From assembly GCA_963771465.1 (NCBI GenBank), contig CAVYTU010000015.1:864001-928000 (forward strand): 64,000 bases of DNA, in the 5' to 3' direction. The position numbers and the translations under genes were made by a program. Under the pieces are notes generated by a model, which was given only the letters and a program-made list of their open reading frames with translations, searched no databases and was not told where the DNA came from. Source of the stretch: an uncultured delta proteobacterium. Lineage in GTDB: Bacteria; Desulfobacterota; Binatia; UBA9968. Shown piece after piece: positions 10,531 through 20,796 of this stretch; the stretch's first letter is position 1; every line of letters starts with the position of its first letter.

Positions 10531-11694
10531 ATGCCCGGCGCACTTGAAGACATTCGCGTGATTGATTTTACCCATGCACTCAACGGCCCGTTCTGCACCA
10601 TGATGCTCGGTCACTTGGGCGCGGAGATTATCAAGATTGAACCGCCCGCGGGCGACGGCTTTCGCCGTTCTTGGATGCCGCCCAACACCAAAGTCGACGC
10701 CTACGAATTTTTGTGGGTCAGCGCGAACAAGAAAAGCGTCGTGCTCAACCTAAAAGATCCACGCGGCGCGGATTTGGCGCGCCAGTTAATTGCGAAAGCC
10801 GATGTCGTGGTGGAAAACTATCACACCGGGACGATGGAAAAATTTGGTCTGGGTTATGAAGATTTAAAAAAGATCAATCCGCGCATCATCTATTCATGCT
10901 CGCGCGGCTTCGGCGAGACGGGGCCGTACAAAGACTACGGCAGCACGGCGCACACCAACAACAGCATGACCGGTTGGACCCACACCGGCTGGGGTTACAA
11001 CAAGGCTCCGGGAACCAAAGCGATAGGTATCGGCGACGAAGCCGCCGGCGTCAGCATGGTGTGCGGCATCCTCGCCGCGCTGCACGCGCGCGAACGTACC
11101 GGCGAGGGCCAAAAAATCGTCGTGTCGATGCAAGAAGCGTTGCTCGGTTTCATGATCAGCGAGTTTCATGAACACTTCATTGGCATTGAGATTGGCAACA
11201 AGCCCGTGCCGGCGGCCGACGGCTTTTTCACGCTGCGCGTGCCGGACTTGAGCGACGCCGGTTGGGCCAAGCTTACCAAACTCATGGGCCGCGAGGATTT
11301 GCTTCAAGATGCACGATTCGCGACGGCGGCTGCGCGAAAACAGCATCGCTCTGAATTGTACGAGCTGGTCAAAACGTGGGTGAGCAGCAAAACTCGCCAG
11401 GAACTGTGGAACGGACTACGCGCCATCGACTATTTCGGCGCGCCAGTGTTGTCGATGGGCGAAGTGATTGACGACCCGCATATCAAAGAGCGAAACGCGT
11501 TTATCGATAGAAATCATCCGACCGCCGGGCCGACGAAATTGCTCGCGCCGTGGATTCACATGTCGAAGACGCCGGCGAGCATCCGCACCGACTCCCCTGC
11601 GCTTGGCCAGCATACGGATGAAGTGTTGGGCGGGGTTCTCGGCTTGAGCGCAAATGAGCTAAACGATTTACACACGCAAGGCATCGTCAAATAA
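10531..11694 (+). CDS. CoA-transferase family III (CaiB/BaiF)
   Basis: IRVIDFT...GPFCTMMLGHLGAEIIKIEPPAGD, NKKSVVLNLK, catalytic Asp in IGDEAAG, PALGQHTDEVL. Confidence 0.93.
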   Translation: MPGALEDIRVIDFTHALNGPFCTMMLGHLGAEIIKIEPPAGDGFRRSWMPPNTKVDAYEFLWVSANKKSVVLNLKDPRGADLARQLIAKADVVVENYHTGTMEKFGLGYEDLKKINPRIIYSCSRGFGETGPYKDYGSTAHTNNSMTGWTHTGWGYNKAPGTKAIGIGDEAAGVSMVCGILAALHARERTGEGQKIVVSMQEALLGFMISEFHEHFIGIEIGNKPVPAADGFFTLRVPDLSDAGWAKLTKLMGREDLLQDARFATAAARKQHRSELYELVKTWVSSKTRQELWNGLRAIDYFGAPVLSMGEVIDDPHIKERNAFIDRNHPTAGPTKLLAPWIHMSKTPASIRTDSPALGQHTDEVLGGVLGLSANELNDLHTQGIVK

Positions 11695-11783
11695 GCCATA
11701 GTTCGGATTGCCGTAAAACTTTCATTTCATGAAAGTCTTCGGTTGCGGCGCGTCGAAGAAGGCGTCGAGAAGTTCTAACTTAG

Positions 11784-13457
11784 CTAGTTGGGCTTCCAGA
11801 TAGCGGTCAGGCGGAAAATTTCCGCGTCGCGGAAAACTTGCAGCAAAGCGCCGTCGATCAATCCCTGTTTCGCTTCATCGTGCAGAATATCGAGCGCCTG
11901 ATCCCAAGGCACGGCCTTTTTATAGGGCCGGTCCTGGGCCGACAGCGCATCGTAAATATCCGAGATCGTCATCATCTTCGATTGGAACGGGATCACCGGC
12001 GCGGCTAAGTTATGCGGGTAACCGGTGCCGTCAAGTTTTTCGTGATGCGCCGATGCGATCGCCGGTATGTTTTTGATCTCCCGAGTCCAGGGAATTTGCG
12101 ACAGGAAACTCAAGGTATGACCGACATGCTGCTCGATTTGCCGGCGTTCAACTTCGTCTAAGTTGCCGCGGCGAATCGACAGCATGCTAACTTCCTGGAG
12201 CGTGAGTAGCGGTTTACGCCGACCCTTACTATCGACGTAGTCGCGAGATGCGACCTCGGCCAAGCGCTCGAAATTGCCTTCGCGCAACACGGTCGGTTCG
12301 TTGCATTTCACGATGAAGCCGAGAAAGTCATCGATCTCGCGCAGATTGGCTTCAAGCTCGCGTTGGAAGTCATTTTGGCGCAGCAAAAACTCTTCGCGGC
12401 CGCGCTCCAGAAGATAGGCCAGCTTGCGCTCGCTCTGTTCATACTCAAACGCCTTGCGCGCGTAGGCGAAACGCTGCTTCACCAGCTCGAGTTGCAGGGG
12501 GTAAAGCTTCTTGGCTTTGACCAGCACTTCTTCGCGCACGCCGACTTTGCCGAAATCATGCAGCAGCGACGCGTAACGGATCTCCTTCATCTCAGCCCGG
12601 CTAAAACGAATATCACGAAAGACTCCACCGTCAGCCCGATCCACCGCCTCGGCCAATCCGATCGTCAAGTCGGCGACGCGAAACGAATGGCCCGAGGTCG
12701 CCGGGTCGCGCGACTCGATGGCGCCCACCGAAGCGCGGACGAAGCCTTCGAAGAGAGTTTCGATGCTCTCGTCGAGCCGGTTGTTCTCGATCGCCACCGC
12801 CGCTTGGCTCGCCAAGGAATCGAGCAATGGCCGGCAATGCGCCGGATAAGGCACAAACCCTTCGTCGCGCTCGTTGTCCACGTGAGCGCCGTGCGCGCGC
12901 TTACAATTGATCAGTTGGACGACGCCGACAATTTCTCCCTGAGGATTTTTTATCGGCACGATGAGCATTGACTTTGACCGGTAACCGCTCTGCTCGTCGA
13001 ATTTGTGATTAAAATGAAACGGCAGCGAAGCCGGAATAGCGTAGACGTCCTGCAAGTCAATCGCTTCGCCGGTAAGCGCGACGTAGCCGGCGAGGCTCGT
13101 GCTGTCGATCGGCAATAGCGATTCTCTGAATTCCACCGCGGTGCTGTCGTTCTGGGTAATTTTGAAACGCAGCCGCCGCTCGCCGCGTTCGTTCTCTTCA
13201 ATCAGATAAAGCGAACCGGCATCGCTGGCGGTAATTTCGCGGCACTTTTGCAGAATGATGCGCAGTAGCGAATCCCGATCGCGCTGCGTCGAAAGCGCGA
13301 TGCCGATCTCGTTCAGCTGCTCGATTTCCCAACGGGCGCGCTCGAGTTCCTGCTCCAGGTCAGCCTCACGGCGCGCGCTTGCTGCGCTGAACGTGCTCGC
13401 TTTGATTGCGAGATTTGTCTGAGTTGATTGTGGGGATAAATCCCGGCGCTGAGACAT
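11784..13457 (-). CDS. GAF + HD-GYP domain phosphodiesterase (c-di-GMP turnover)
   Basis: GAF (DAGSLYL, KFDEQSGYRSKSMLIVPI, GVVQLIN), TSGHSFRV, LLHDFGK, HHEKLDGTGYP, DIYDAL..DRPYK. Start uncertain (13457 or 13499). Confidence 0.92.
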   Translation of the reverse strand: MSQRRDLSPQSTQTNLAIKASTFSAASARREADLEQELERARWEIEQLNEIGIALSTQRDRDSLLRIILQKCREITASDAGSLYLIEENERGERRLRFKITQNDSTAVEFRESLLPIDSTSLAGYVALTGEAIDLQDVYAIPASLPFHFNHKFDEQSGYRSKSMLIVPIKNPQGEIVGVVQLINCKRAHGAHVDNERDEGFVPYPAHCRPLLDSLASQAAVAIENNRLDESIETLFEGFVRASVGAIESRDPATSGHSFRVADLTIGLAEAVDRADGGVFRDIRFSRAEMKEIRYASLLHDFGKVGVREEVLVKAKKLYPLQLELVKQRFAYARKAFEYEQSERKLAYLLERGREEFLLRQNDFQRELEANLREIDDFLGFIVKCNEPTVLREGNFERLAEVASRDYVDSKGRRKPLLTLQEVSMLSIRRGNLDEVERRQIEQHVGHTLSFLSQIPWTREIKNIPAIASAHHEKLDGTGYPHNLAAPVIPFQSKMMTISDIYDALSAQDRPYKKAVPWDQALDILHDEAKQGLIDGALLQVFRDAEIFRLTAIWKPN

Positions 13458-13621
13458 AAAGAGGAACCCGACAAGGAAACCTATCTGAAAACCAGCCATA
13501 GCGTCAACCTGTCACACGAGGTGCGCGACTTGGTACGATTTGCCTGGCATTGATGGCGTGTTTTCTCCCTTGCTTGCCGAGAAACTGCGACACCGCGCGC
13601 TCACATTCATGGGGCGGAGTT

Positions 13622-13637
13622 CGGCATGGATTCTGCT
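13622..13637 (+). promoter_or_regulatory. sigma54 -24/-12 promoter of the GH44 gene
   Basis: CGGCATGGATTCTGCT has GG-N10-GC spacing and nearly matches the site at 16063. Confidence 0.65.
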
Positions 13638-13700
13638 CATTTCCCTGCGCATCGCAGCATTCTTATGTCGCCAACCAATCCATCGATGGAAGTAAGCTTC

Positions 13701-15893
13701 ATGCGCATCGCAATTCAATCCTTTCTGTCTCGTTTGATCATCGCAATATTTCTTTTCTGCGCCGCGAGTGTAAGCGCGCAGAACGCGCCGGTAACGATCA
13801 ACGTCGACGCCAATTTGAACCGCCGGCCGATCAATCCGAATATTTACGGCGTCGCCCATGCCACGACGGCGCAGTTAAACGATTTGAACAGCCCGCTCAA
13901 CCGCAACGGCGGCAACAACACGACACGCTATAACTGGCAGCTGAACGCCGACAATCGCGCCAACGATTGGTACTTCCAGAGCATTGCCGAACCGAGCGCT
14001 GTCGCCGGCGAGCGTGGCGATACATTTATAGCCAACGCCAAAGCTGCCAACGCGCAGGCGATGCTGACGATTCCGATGATCGATTGGGTCGCCAAGCTCG
14101 GTGCGAATCGCAGCAAGCTCGCAAGTTTTTCCATCGCCAAATACGGCGCGCAAACCGGCAACGACTGGCAGTGGTTTCCCGACGCGGGCAACGGCATCCG
14201 CACCAATGGCCAGTACGTCACCGGCAACGATCCTAACGACGCTAACGTGCCGTCGAACTCGACATTCCAACAAGGCTGGACGCAGCACTTGGTCAATCGC
14301 TGGGGCACGAACTCCGACCGGCGGTTTGCGCTACTACATTCTCGACAATGAACCGAGCATCTGGCACGCCACCCATCGCGACGTCCATCCCACCGGCGCG
14401 ACCATGGATGAGATCAAAAATAAGCTCATCGACTTACGCCGGCAAGATCAAAACCGTCGATCCGTCAGCGCTGGTCGTCGGTCCGGAAGAATGGGGTTGG
14501 AGCGGTTACACGTTGAGCGGCTTCGATCAGCAGTACGGCAGCCTGCACGGCTGGAGCAATTTGCCCGATCGTAACAACCACGGCGGCTGGGATTATCTGC
14601 CATGGCTGCTCGATCAGCTGCGGCAAAATAATTTGGCTACCGGTAAACGATTACTCGATATTTTCACCGTGCATTATTATCCGCAGGGCGGCGAGTTCAG
14701 CAACGACACTTCCAGTGCCATGCAGCTTCGGCGCAATCGCTCGACGCGCTCGCTCTGGGATCCGAACTACGTCGACGAAACCTGGATCAACGATCGCGTG
14801 CAGTTGGTGCCGCGGCTGCGCAGCCTGGGTGAATAGCTACTATCCCGGCACACTCACCGGCATCACCGAATACAACTGGGGCGCCGAAAATCATATCAAC
14901 GGCGCCACCGCGCAAGCCGACATCTATGGCATCTTCGGCCGCGAAGGTTTGGACATGGCGGCGCGCTGGACGACACCGGATGCGACCACGCCGACGTACA
15001 AGGCGATGCAAATGTATCGCAACTACGACGGCAACAAATCGACGTTCGGCGACATGAGCGTCGCCGCCACCGGGCCAAATCCGGATAATGTCGCCGTCTT
15101 CGCCGCAGAGCGATCCGCAGACGGCGCGCTGACGATGATGGCCATCAGCAAATTTCTTTCAGGCACCACCGCAGCAACCATCAATCTCGCCAATTTCCCG
15201 CACAACGGCAGCGCTCAAGTGTGGCAGCTGACCGCGGCGAATACGATCAATCATTTAAGCGACGTCAATTTCATCGGCGGCGGTTTTAATTTCACCCTGC
15301 CGGCCCAGAGCATCACGCTGTTCGTATTGCCTGCGGCGAGCGGCAACCAGTCGCCGGTGGCGGCGCTGTCCGCTCAACCCAGTTCCGGCCCGGCGCCGTT
15401 GAATGTTTTTTTTAATGCTAGCGGCTCATCCGATCCGGACGGATCGATCGTCTCCTATGCGTGGAATTTTGGCGACAGCGCCACAGCATCAGGAGCGGCA
15501 GCCAATCACAGCTACAGCGCGCCGGGAAGCTATATCGCCCGCCTTACGGTTACGGACAACCAGGGCGCGAGCAGCTCGATGACGACGACGATCGAGGTTA
15601 ACGCCGATTTACCGAGCGCGCCAAGCAATCTTGCGGCAAGCACGCTATCACGCAGTCAAATCAATTTGAGCTGGACCGACAACGCTAACAATGAGAACGG
15701 CTTTAAAATCGAGCGCTGCGCCGGTGTGACGTGTTCCAACTTCTCACAAATCGCCAGCGTAGGCGTCAATGTGACGAATTTTTCGAACAGCGGGCTCAAG
15801 CGCAACACCGCCTATCGTTATCGTCTGCGCTCCTACAGTGTCTCGGGAAATTCGCCTTATTCAAATATTGCCGGCGCTAAAACGACGAAATGA
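13701..15893 (+). CDS. Secreted glycoside hydrolase family 44 (endoglucanase/xyloglucanase) with PKD and Fn3 domains; three +1 frameshifts (~14314, ~14434, ~14824)
   Basis: Signal peptide; INPNIYG, GGNNTTRYNW, YILDNEPSIWHATHRDVHP (acid/base Glu), GPEEWGW, ITEYNWG (nucleophile Glu); PKD SDPDGSIVSYAWNFGD; Fn3 at C-terminus. Pieces lie in four overlapping ORFs. Confidence 0.88.
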
Positions 15894-16062
15894 TTTCGGT
15901 CAAAGCAAGAACAGAGTCAAACTCGGCAAACCTGCCCGTGGCTGCCGAGAGGCAAGTCAAAAACCACGTCACCTGGCGAAGCTTTGCCATGACTGTCCAT
16001 CTTCGAGCCCCCGAAAATTAGTCGGAGCAAAACATTTTGTGACAACCCGGGTCAACGTCGCA

Positions 16063-16078
16063 TGGCACGGCTCCTGCT
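16063..16078 (+). promoter_or_regulatory. sigma54 -24/-12 promoter of the metallopeptidase gene
   Basis: TGGCACGGCTCCTGCT closely matches the TGGCACG-N4-TTGC consensus with exact spacing. Confidence 0.75.
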
Positions 16079-16188
16079 CATGTTCCCGACACTTCCGAGA
16101 TCGTGAGCGAACTGCGCACCAAGAAGATTTTCGGTAACCGAGGAAATTGATCGAACCCCATAGGTAAAATTGAGAAAGGACAAGATTC

Positions 16189-18009
16189 ATGAAAACATTC
16201 GGCACACTGCGGCAACGGGTCTCGCTATTCGCGAGCATGGCGGCAATATTTCTCGCCGTCGCCTTGGCCCAGGCGCAAAACCAGCCGCATCTTTTTCGTC
16301 AGGCGCCTACATCAACTCCACCGGGGCGTAATGCCACCGCTGCCTTTATTGGTGATATTGACTCGGCTCTACTGTCAGCAGCGCTCGACGGTCTGACGAT
16401 CTCGCTTCCCGGTAAGCCGGACATCTCAGTCCAACGCCACAGTCACGTACAACGCGGCGGCGATAACCTCGTGTGGCGCGGCAAGATTGCAGACGACAGC
16501 AGAAGCAGGGTCACTTTGACCTACCATGAAGGTTTGCTGTTTGGCCGTATCGAAAGTGGTAGCGATATCTTCTCGATCCGCACCGGCGCCAACGGTCGGA
16601 CGATCATCGAACGAATCGATACCGATAGTTTCAAACCGGAGTGGGGCCATGATCATGCGACCCATGGTCATGATCGTATTCCCCCAGCCACTGGCGCCGC
16701 TCCGTCTCAAAGTAGCAGCTCCAGTGGTAGCACTATCCAGTCGACAGCCGCGGACGGTACCGTCGAAATCACGCTCTTATCAGTCTATACACCACAAGCC
16801 CGCACCGGCGCGGGCGGTCCGACACAGATCCAGGCACAGATACAGGCGGCAGTGGATCAAGCCAACACGGCGTTCATCAATAGTCAGATGACTGCTCGAT
16901 TTTTTCTGGCGCACAGCGCTGAGGTCGCCTATAACGATACCGGCAATATGAATTCCGACTTGGATTGGGTGACGGCTGACGCTGGTGTCGCCGGGCTGCG
17001 CAATACTTATTCGGCAGACATGGTGTCATTAATCGTTGAAAACGGTGGACCGTACTGCGGTATCGGTTGGGTCCAACGTAATCCCGGCAGTGGCTTTTCC
17101 GGTTATGCCTTTCAAGCCACCGACCGCGGCTGCTTACCGAACAGCACCTTTGCCCACGAGCATGGCCACAACATGGGCATGGAGCATAATCCCGAGAACA
17201 GCAGCGTTGGCCACAATCCCGCCGCTGCCTCGTACGATTTCTCCTTCGGCCATTGGGTCAGCGGCTCGTTTGCCACGATCATGACTTACAATTCAATCTG
17301 CCCGGTTTACTGCCCGCGGATTCTGAATTTTTCCAATCCCGAGGTGCTCTACAATGGATTGCCGACGGGTATTCTGAATCAGCGTGACAACTCCCAGACC
17401 GGCGATTTAACGGCGCCGATCATCGCCGCATTTCGCGCCGGCGGCGGTTCGGGAACCAATAACCCGCCGGTGTTCACCAGTGATCCGATCGCAAAACCTA
17501 ACGCTACTCAAGGCCAGTCGTACTCCAGCAGCATCGCCAGCAATGCCAGCGATCCTGATGCCGATCCGCTCAGCTTCGCCAAGACCGCTGGTCCAGCATG
17601 GCTCTCAGTAGCCGCCAATGGTGGCTTGAGCGGAACACCGGGCTCCGCCAATGTCGGTTTAAATAGTTTCACAGTCAGCGTGTCGGACGGCCGAGGCGGT
17701 TCGGATACGGCAACGTTGCAAATCACCGTCATCGCGCCCTTAACCGCGCCGACCAATCTCGTCGCCACTCCCGGCGCGAAGCAGATTAACCTAACCTGGT
17801 CTTTTGCCGGCAGCGGCATCAGTGGTTTCAAAATCGAGCGCTCGACCAATGGCAAGAGCTACTCGCAATTCACCACCGTCGACGCCGCAACCACCAGTTA
17901 TCTCAACACCGGTCTGCGCTCCGGGCGCAAATACTACTATCGAGTACGCGCCTATACCGGCTCAACCAACTCCGGATACTCCAATATCGCAAGCGCGACG
18001 GCAAATTAG
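16189..18009 (+). CDS. Secreted metzincin zinc metallopeptidase (reprolysin-like/M12) with Ig/cadherin-like and Fn3 domains
   Basis: Signal peptide, HEHGHNMGMEH zinc motif, Met-turn TIMTY, ADMVSLI, FSNP; cadherin-like ASDPDADPLSF; C-terminal Fn3. Confidence 0.9.
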   Translation: MKTFGTLRQRVSLFASMAAIFLAVALAQAQNQPHLFRQAPTSTPPGRNATAAFIGDIDSALLSAALDGLTISLPGKPDISVQRHSHVQRGGDNLVWRGKIADDSRSRVTLTYHEGLLFGRIESGSDIFSIRTGANGRTIIERIDTDSFKPEWGHDHATHGHDRIPPATGAAPSQSSSSSGSTIQSTAADGTVEITLLSVYTPQARTGAGGPTQIQAQIQAAVDQANTAFINSQMTARFFLAHSAEVAYNDTGNMNSDLDWVTADAGVAGLRNTYSADMVSLIVENGGPYCGIGWVQRNPGSGFSGYAFQATDRGCLPNSTFAHEHGHNMGMEHNPENSSVGHNPAAASYDFSFGHWVSGSFATIMTYNSICPVYCPRILNFSNPEVLYNGLPTGILNQRDNSQTGDLTAPIIAAFRAGGGSGTNNPPVFTSDPIAKPNATQGQSYSSSIASNASDPDADPLSFAKTAGPAWLSVAANGGLSGTPGSANVGLNSFTVSVSDGRGGSDTATLQITVIAPLTAPTNLVATPGAKQINLTWSFAGSGISGFKIERSTNGKSYSQFTTVDAATTSYLNTGLRSGRKYYYRVRAYTGSTNSGYSNIASATAN

Positions 18010-18033
18010 TCGCCAACGATAAATCAGCACTCC

Positions 18034-18069
18034 ACCGGCTCGGCGTAAACCGCCGAGCCGGTTTTTTTT
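18034..18069 (+). terminator. Rho-independent terminator
   Basis: ACCGGCTCGGCG-TAAAC-CGCCGAGCCGGT followed by a T run. Confidence 0.92.
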
Positions 18070-18109
18070 CGCATTCATCCGAATCCCTCAGTTAGGGTAT
18101 CCCGTGCGC

Positions 18110-18284
18110 CGAGCGAGGTGCGATCCTGGAGTAGTGAAGACACCTAACGCTGCGGCCGCAAAGTCAATTTCTTGGCAAGCAGTTCCAATGGCAATTAAAG
18201 ATTACTCGCTGGATAACGATGTCGGTTGCCTGCTCAGAGGCGCAGGCCCATTGTCTTCACTGCGGAAGGATTGCGCCTCGCTCG
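18110..18284 (+). ncRNA. Candidate structured ncRNA (rod-like, 6S-like size; class unassigned)
   Basis: 18-bp stem (18110-18127 with 18267-18284), GGA/GGA internal loop, then 12-bp stem (18131-18142 with 18252-18263). All three non-Watson-Crick pairs are G-U on the + strand. Confidence 0.5.
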
Positions 18285-18406
18285 CTGCTGCAATTCTCGC
18301 GGAATGCGGGCTCTCCTAGAAATCCTCCCCAGCGCGACCTAGCCGTGGACATTTTCCCTCCCATAGCATAAGAAAATTGGCACGGATGCTGAGGGAAGTC
18401 TGTTAA

Positions 18407-19099
18407 ATGGACAGCGAACAGCTCAAACAAGACATTGTCACCGCAAGTCACATTCTGCATCAGCAAGGCATCGCCGCCGCCTTCGGCCATGTGAGCGCGC
18501 GCATTCCCGGCACGGACACGTTTATCTTTCCGCCGCGCATGAGCCCGGCGCTGGTGCGGAAAGATAATCTGTTGACCCTTGATGTCGACGGCAATCAGCT
18601 GTCGGGCGACGGCCGGCCCAATACCGAATTTTGGATTCACGCGCGCATTTACAAAGCGCGTCCCGATGTCCAGTCAGTCTGCCATGTCCATCCGCCGAGC
18701 TGCGTCGTGCTCGGCTCCCTCGGCGAAACCATTCGCCCACTGCACGCCTCCGGCGCCGTTTTTAAGAATGACGTGCAAGTCTTCGATGCGATCACCTTGA
18801 TTCGCACCCGTGAGCTCGGCGACGATGTGGCCAAAACATTGGGCCAGCATGGCGCCATGATTTTGCGCGGCCACGGCGTCAACGTCGCCGACAAAGATAT
18901 TCGGCGCGTCTGCATCATGACGCTGTGGATGGAAGAGGCGGCGAATTATCAGCTGCGCGCCATGTCGGCCGGCAAGCCGCGCTACTTTACGCCCGAAGAA
19001 TTGGCTGTCATTTACCCGCAAGTCTCCGGTGAAGAAGTATCCAACCGGGCGTGGGAGTATTTCAGCAGCCGGGTCGAATCGTTGGCGCGCGCGACTTGA
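18407..19099 (+). CDS. Class II aldolase/adducin family protein
   Basis: FGHVSAR, TEFWIH, CHVHP, LRGHG. Confidence 0.9.
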   Translation: MDSEQLKQDIVTASHILHQQGIAAAFGHVSARIPGTDTFIFPPRMSPALVRKDNLLTLDVDGNQLSGDGRPNTEFWIHARIYKARPDVQSVCHVHPPSCVVLGSLGETIRPLHASGAVFKNDVQVFDAITLIRTRELGDDVAKTLGQHGAMILRGHGVNVADKDIRRVCIMTLWMEEAANYQLRAMSAGKPRYFTPEELAVIYPQVSGEEVSNRAWEYFSSRVESLARAT

Positions 19100-19154
19100 C
19101 TGCTCTTCAGCGCTGACGCGATAGTGTCCAAGCGGGAACGAGAGGAACGACTCT

Positions 19155-19838
19155 ATGGCATTAAAACATCACGAGCTGCGCCAAGCGGTGATCGATGGCG
19201 CGAACTCTTTAATCAACGCCGGCGCGATCTCCATGAGCCATCACGGCAACTTTAGCGTGCGCGTGCCCGGCACGGATACGATTCTTCTGACAGCGACGAG
19301 CTCATTCGACAATCTTAAACCTGAGAACCTCGCACTGCTCGATCTCGACGGCAAACTGATCGAAGGCGAAATCAACCCGACCAATGCGGAAATCGTTCAC
19401 ATGCACGCCATCGTCTACAAGGAACGACCTGAAACTGGCGCGGTGGTTCACACTCACTCGACCTACGCGACCAGCTTCGCGATCGCGAGCCGCGCCCTCG
19501 GCTGCTCCTACGAGGCGCTGGTGCGAAACGACATGGCGGCCGGCGTGCCGCTCGCCAAGTACGGCCCGCGCGGGTCGGCAGAGTCGGTGTCGAATATTGC
19601 CGACGCACTGAGCGCGACGAAAAATACCAAAGCCGTGCTGCTGGAAAATCACGGCGTGCTCGCCTTCGGCGCCAACCCCGCAGCCGCGGCGCGTGCGAAC
19701 CTAATCGTCGAGGAAGCGGCACAGATGGCGATCTTCGCCGAAGTGCTCGGTGGCGCCAAGAATATTCCCATGGAATTACTGCAAGCCAGCGTCGGCCGCA
19801 GAGACGCATTCGCCCGCGCGGGCGTGCAGAAAGCATGA
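19155..19838 (+). CDS. Class II aldolase/adducin family protein
   Basis: HGNFSVR, EIVHMH, VVHTHS, LLENHG. Confidence 0.9.
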   Translation: MALKHHELRQAVIDGANSLINAGAISMSHHGNFSVRVPGTDTILLTATSSFDNLKPENLALLDLDGKLIEGEINPTNAEIVHMHAIVYKERPETGAVVHTHSTYATSFAIASRALGCSYEALVRNDMAAGVPLAKYGPRGSAESVSNIADALSATKNTKAVLLENHGVLAFGANPAAAARANLIVEEAAQMAIFAEVLGGAKNIPMELLQASVGRRDAFARAGVQKA

Positions 19839-19871
19839 ACGTCATCTACCGAACCAGAAAGGAACTAGAAC

Positions 19872-20735
19872 ATGGAAATGACCGCAAGTGAAAAACGCAA
19901 AGCATTGAAGGCGATGATGCAGCAGTCCGTCTGCCATCTGGCGCCGAGCTGCAACGACGGCATTCAAGCGCGCTTGGTCGAGTGGCTCGGCTTTCCCCTC
20001 GTGCATATTTCCGGCAGCGGCCAACACCGCTCTCAAGGCTTCGCCGACGCGGGGTTACTAACGCTGACGGAAATGATCAACAAAGCGCGCGAAATCGCCG
20101 ACTCGGTGAACATTCCCATCGTCAGCGACGCGGAAACGGGTTACGGCAACGCGGTCAACGTCTATCGCGCCGTCAGAGAATTCGACCGCGCCGGCGTCGC
20201 CGCGATCCACATCGAAGACCAAATGACGCCCAAGCGCGCCGGCCACGAAGGTTTCGACGTCGGTCTGATCTCGCGCCAGGAATTCGTCGCCAAAATCAAA
20301 GCCGCGGTCGACGCGCGGCGCGATGAGAATCTCGTCATCATCGCCCGCTCGGAAGCCAAAGATTCGCTGCAAGAACGTCTCGAACGCACGCAAGCGTGCA
20401 TCGAAGCCGGCGCCGACGCTTCATGGGTGAGCGCGCGCACGGAAGAAGAGGTTCTCGCCTATGCGAAGCTTGGCAAGCCGCTGGTCGGCGTGCCGCCGCG
20501 CGGCGTGATGCCGATCCAGCGTTGGGGCGAGTTGGGCGGCCGTGTCGGCTGCATTCCAACCGTGCTGCAAGTCGCCATGCTGCACGGCATGCGCCAATGT
20601 CTGGAGGAATTGAAAAAAAGCGGCACCGAAGCTGCGTACTTCAAAAACACGCCGGGCATCGACGACACGCGCAAGTGGTACGCCAATCTCGGCAACGCGG
20701 AACTCAAAGAGCTGGAAAAAAAGTATGGTTATTAA
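19872..20735 (+). CDS. Isocitrate lyase/PEP mutase superfamily protein
   Basis: GFADAGLLT, SDAETGYG, IHIEDQMTPKRAGH, IIARSEA. Confidence 0.9.
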   Translation: MEMTASEKRKALKAMMQQSVCHLAPSCNDGIQARLVEWLGFPLVHISGSGQHRSQGFADAGLLTLTEMINKAREIADSVNIPIVSDAETGYGNAVNVYRAVREFDRAGVAAIHIEDQMTPKRAGHEGFDVGLISRQEFVAKIKAAVDARRDENLVIIARSEAKDSLQERLERTQACIEAGADASWVSARTEEEVLAYAKLGKPLVGVPPRGVMPIQRWGELGGRVGCIPTVLQVAMLHGMRQCLEELKKSGTEAAYFKNTPGIDDTRKWYANLGNAELKELEKKYGY

Positions 20736-20796
20736 ACCGCTAGCGCAACACGATCCATCCGCGTTAGCGCCGCATTCGAACCGAACAGGAGAGCAT

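Noticed and set aside
14300-14830. Programmed frameshifting or phase variation in GH44
   Set aside because: The shifts occur at 2-base runs with no slippery heptamer or long homopolymer; errors or decay are more likely.
18378-18392. sigma54-like TGGCACGGATGCTGA before the aldolase
   Set aside because: The -12 dinucleotide is GA rather than GC, and the implied TSS would leave almost no leader before ATG 18407.
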